Source: Octopus sinensis
Taxonomy: Eukaryota
DNA: 64,000 bases
NCBI RefSeq assembly: GCF_006345805.1
Contig: NC_043011.1
Span: forward strand, 29,896,464 to 29,960,463
Direction of reading: 5' to 3'
Part shown: piece after piece, positions 62,160 through 64,000 of the stretch
Numbering within the stretch: the first letter of the stretch is position 1
Layout: the number at the start of each line of letters is the position of its first letter
Translations under genes and position numbers: made by a program
The notes under the pieces: model-generated
Seen by the model: only the letters and a program-made list of their open reading frames with translations
What the model was told of the DNA's origin: nothing
The model's database searches: none

Positions 62160-62799
62160 ACAGGATAATATAATTCTTGAATCATTATACCAGAAAGTAG
62201 AATGGGGTGGTCACAGTTGGAACACTTTTGCTCATAGTTTTCCTTGAATTTGATCAGAGCTGAACTGAAACTAAACCACAGCTGCAACATCATCATCATC
62301 GACGATGCCAATAGCAACCACAACACCAACGATGCTGACACCACCACCACTGCTGCCACCACCATCAATGCCGACAATGATGATGATGACTGATTAATCA
62401 AAGTAGCCTTTTGCCACATTATTATATAAGACACACAATGATAAAAGAACAAAACATGCGAAGCTATCCTCCGACACGTTACACAGTTGTATCTAGTTTG
62501 AGACATAGAGGAAGTCCATCCACACTTCACTGGGAATCGATTATAATTCAACAACGCTCCACTACACAACCAGTAGGTGTGAAGTTTCAGCAATGATTAT
62601 CTATGTTAATAATAAACTAGAATTCAATCTCAATTAAAAAATTCGTCCAATGTGTTAATAATTCTACCAGCTCATCTCCATGAACCTTAATATTTATAAT
62701 GGTCTCAAATTTTGGCAGAAAGCTAAGCATTTCGTCCACTAAGCATTTCATCCAGCACACTAATGATTCTGCCAGCTTGCCACCTTCATAATAATAATC

Positions 62800-62835
<36 letters not shown>

Positions 62836-63055
62836 GTCCTTTCTACTGGAGGCACAAAGCCTGAAATTTTGGGGAAAGGGTTAAGTTGATTGCATTGACT
62901 CCAGTACACAACTGGTACTTAATTTATTGACCCCGAAAGGATGAAAGGCATAGGTGACCTTGGCAGAATTTGAACTCAGAATTGTAGCGACAGATGAAAT
63001 ACTGCTAAGCATTTCGCCCTGAGTGCTAACAATTCTGCCAGCTCACTGCCTTCAA
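62836..63055 (-). mobile_element. SINE family B monomer
   Basis: gaatttgaactcagaa..gaaatactgctaagcatttcgcc..ttctgccagctcactgcc; another copy at 63472-63645. Confidence 0.8.
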
Positions 63056-63084
63056 TAATAATAATAGTAATAATAATAATTATT

Positions 63085-63437
63085 ATGTGGCATCTCAAGG
63101 CGGTTACAATACCAGTGATCGTAGGAGCACTAGGAATGATCAAGAAGGGAACCGAAAATTATATGAGAATGATCCCTGGCTTACCATCCCTGCAAGAAGT
63201 GCAAAAGATTGTCTTAACTGGTACATCACACGTATTGAGAAGAGCATTGTTGATGTGAGAAATGTTGCTGCTCATGTATTTTAATTTAACTTTAAAAAAA
63301 AAAAGAAAAAAAAAATGAACGAACTACTGAGTTTGGTTTAATGGCCTACCAATGTATACTATGAGTTTCTTTGCCCTAGGAGTCGGGAAGACACTCGGCA
63401 AGAAATGATAGCAAATTTGAAAGAAGAAGAAAAAAAA
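63085..63437 (+). mobile_element. R4/Dong-like RLE retrotransposon 3' end, different subfamily
   Basis: MWHLKAVTIPVIVGALGMIKK..LQEVQKIVLTGTSHVLRRAL (63085-63258); (TAA)n on both sides. Confidence 0.85.
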
Positions 63438-63645
63438 ATAATAATTATAATAATAATAATAATAATAAAAACCCTTTCTACTATAGGCACAAGGCTCGAA
63501 ATTGTGGGGGAGGGGGCAAGTCGATTACATTGACCCCAGTGTGCCACTGGAACTTAACTTGTCGATTCTGAAAGGATGAAAGGTGGAATTTGGACTCAGA
63601 ACATAGCCACAGATGAAATACTGCTAAACATTTCGTCCAGCATGC

Positions 63646-63681
<36 letters not shown>

Positions 63682-63682
<1 letters not shown>

Positions 63683-64000
63683 TGCCCTGAAGCAGTACCA
63701 GGCAGTGGCTCTCGTGGCTTCTGATCTTAACTGATTGAAAGTGTTATCTTGTACATCGTTTTGTCTTGGTATAAAAGATGGGCTACAGCAAATATTCTGC
63801 TCAATACCACAGATTTTCTTGTTAGTTGTTTGACTTAACCAGTTGAGCATGTCTCTTAGTGGCTGACGATATGTGCATCTCTGATCATGAGCAGAAGTAG
63901 TGGGAGAGCATCATAGCCATGTGTTGAGAGGAATTCTTTGGGGTTTGAATAATTCACCTCTGGAAACATGGGTAGTTCATTCAACATCCTTAAACAACCC
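63682..64000 (+). mobile_element. Second copy of the (TAA)n-flanked repeat (truncated by the window)
   Basis: Reverse complement of 60935-61251. Confidence 0.8.

Noticed and set aside
62066-62593. 175-aa minus-strand ORF
   Set aside because: Spans an old repeat and (CAT)/(CAC) microsatellites; TTG start and no domain signature

Overview
AT-rich, microsatellite-saturated eukaryotic non-coding DNA. The SINE families match my recollection of Octopus/coleoid cephalopod repeats; this is an inference, and no search was run. No intact host gene, rRNA, true tRNA or CRISPR array is recognisable, and most ORF-track entries are translated microsatellites. The window is a dense, nested transposon landscape. 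It holds about 25 copies of one tRNA-headed SINE plus three other SINE families; CR1, RTE and R4/Dong-like LINE fragments; Penelope-like (PLE) GIY-YIG fragments; three Tc1/mariner lineages; piggyBac, hAT and foldback-type non-autonomous elements; and three non-autonomous Helitrons. The most striking signal is a set of minimal type I hammerhead-ribozyme motifs from several different families. Two of them lie in ~440-bp head-to-head palindromes (33824-34274, flanked by a 13-bp TSD and carrying a Pol III B-box remnant at the apex, and 39240-39679). A further family shares a U at core position 6.
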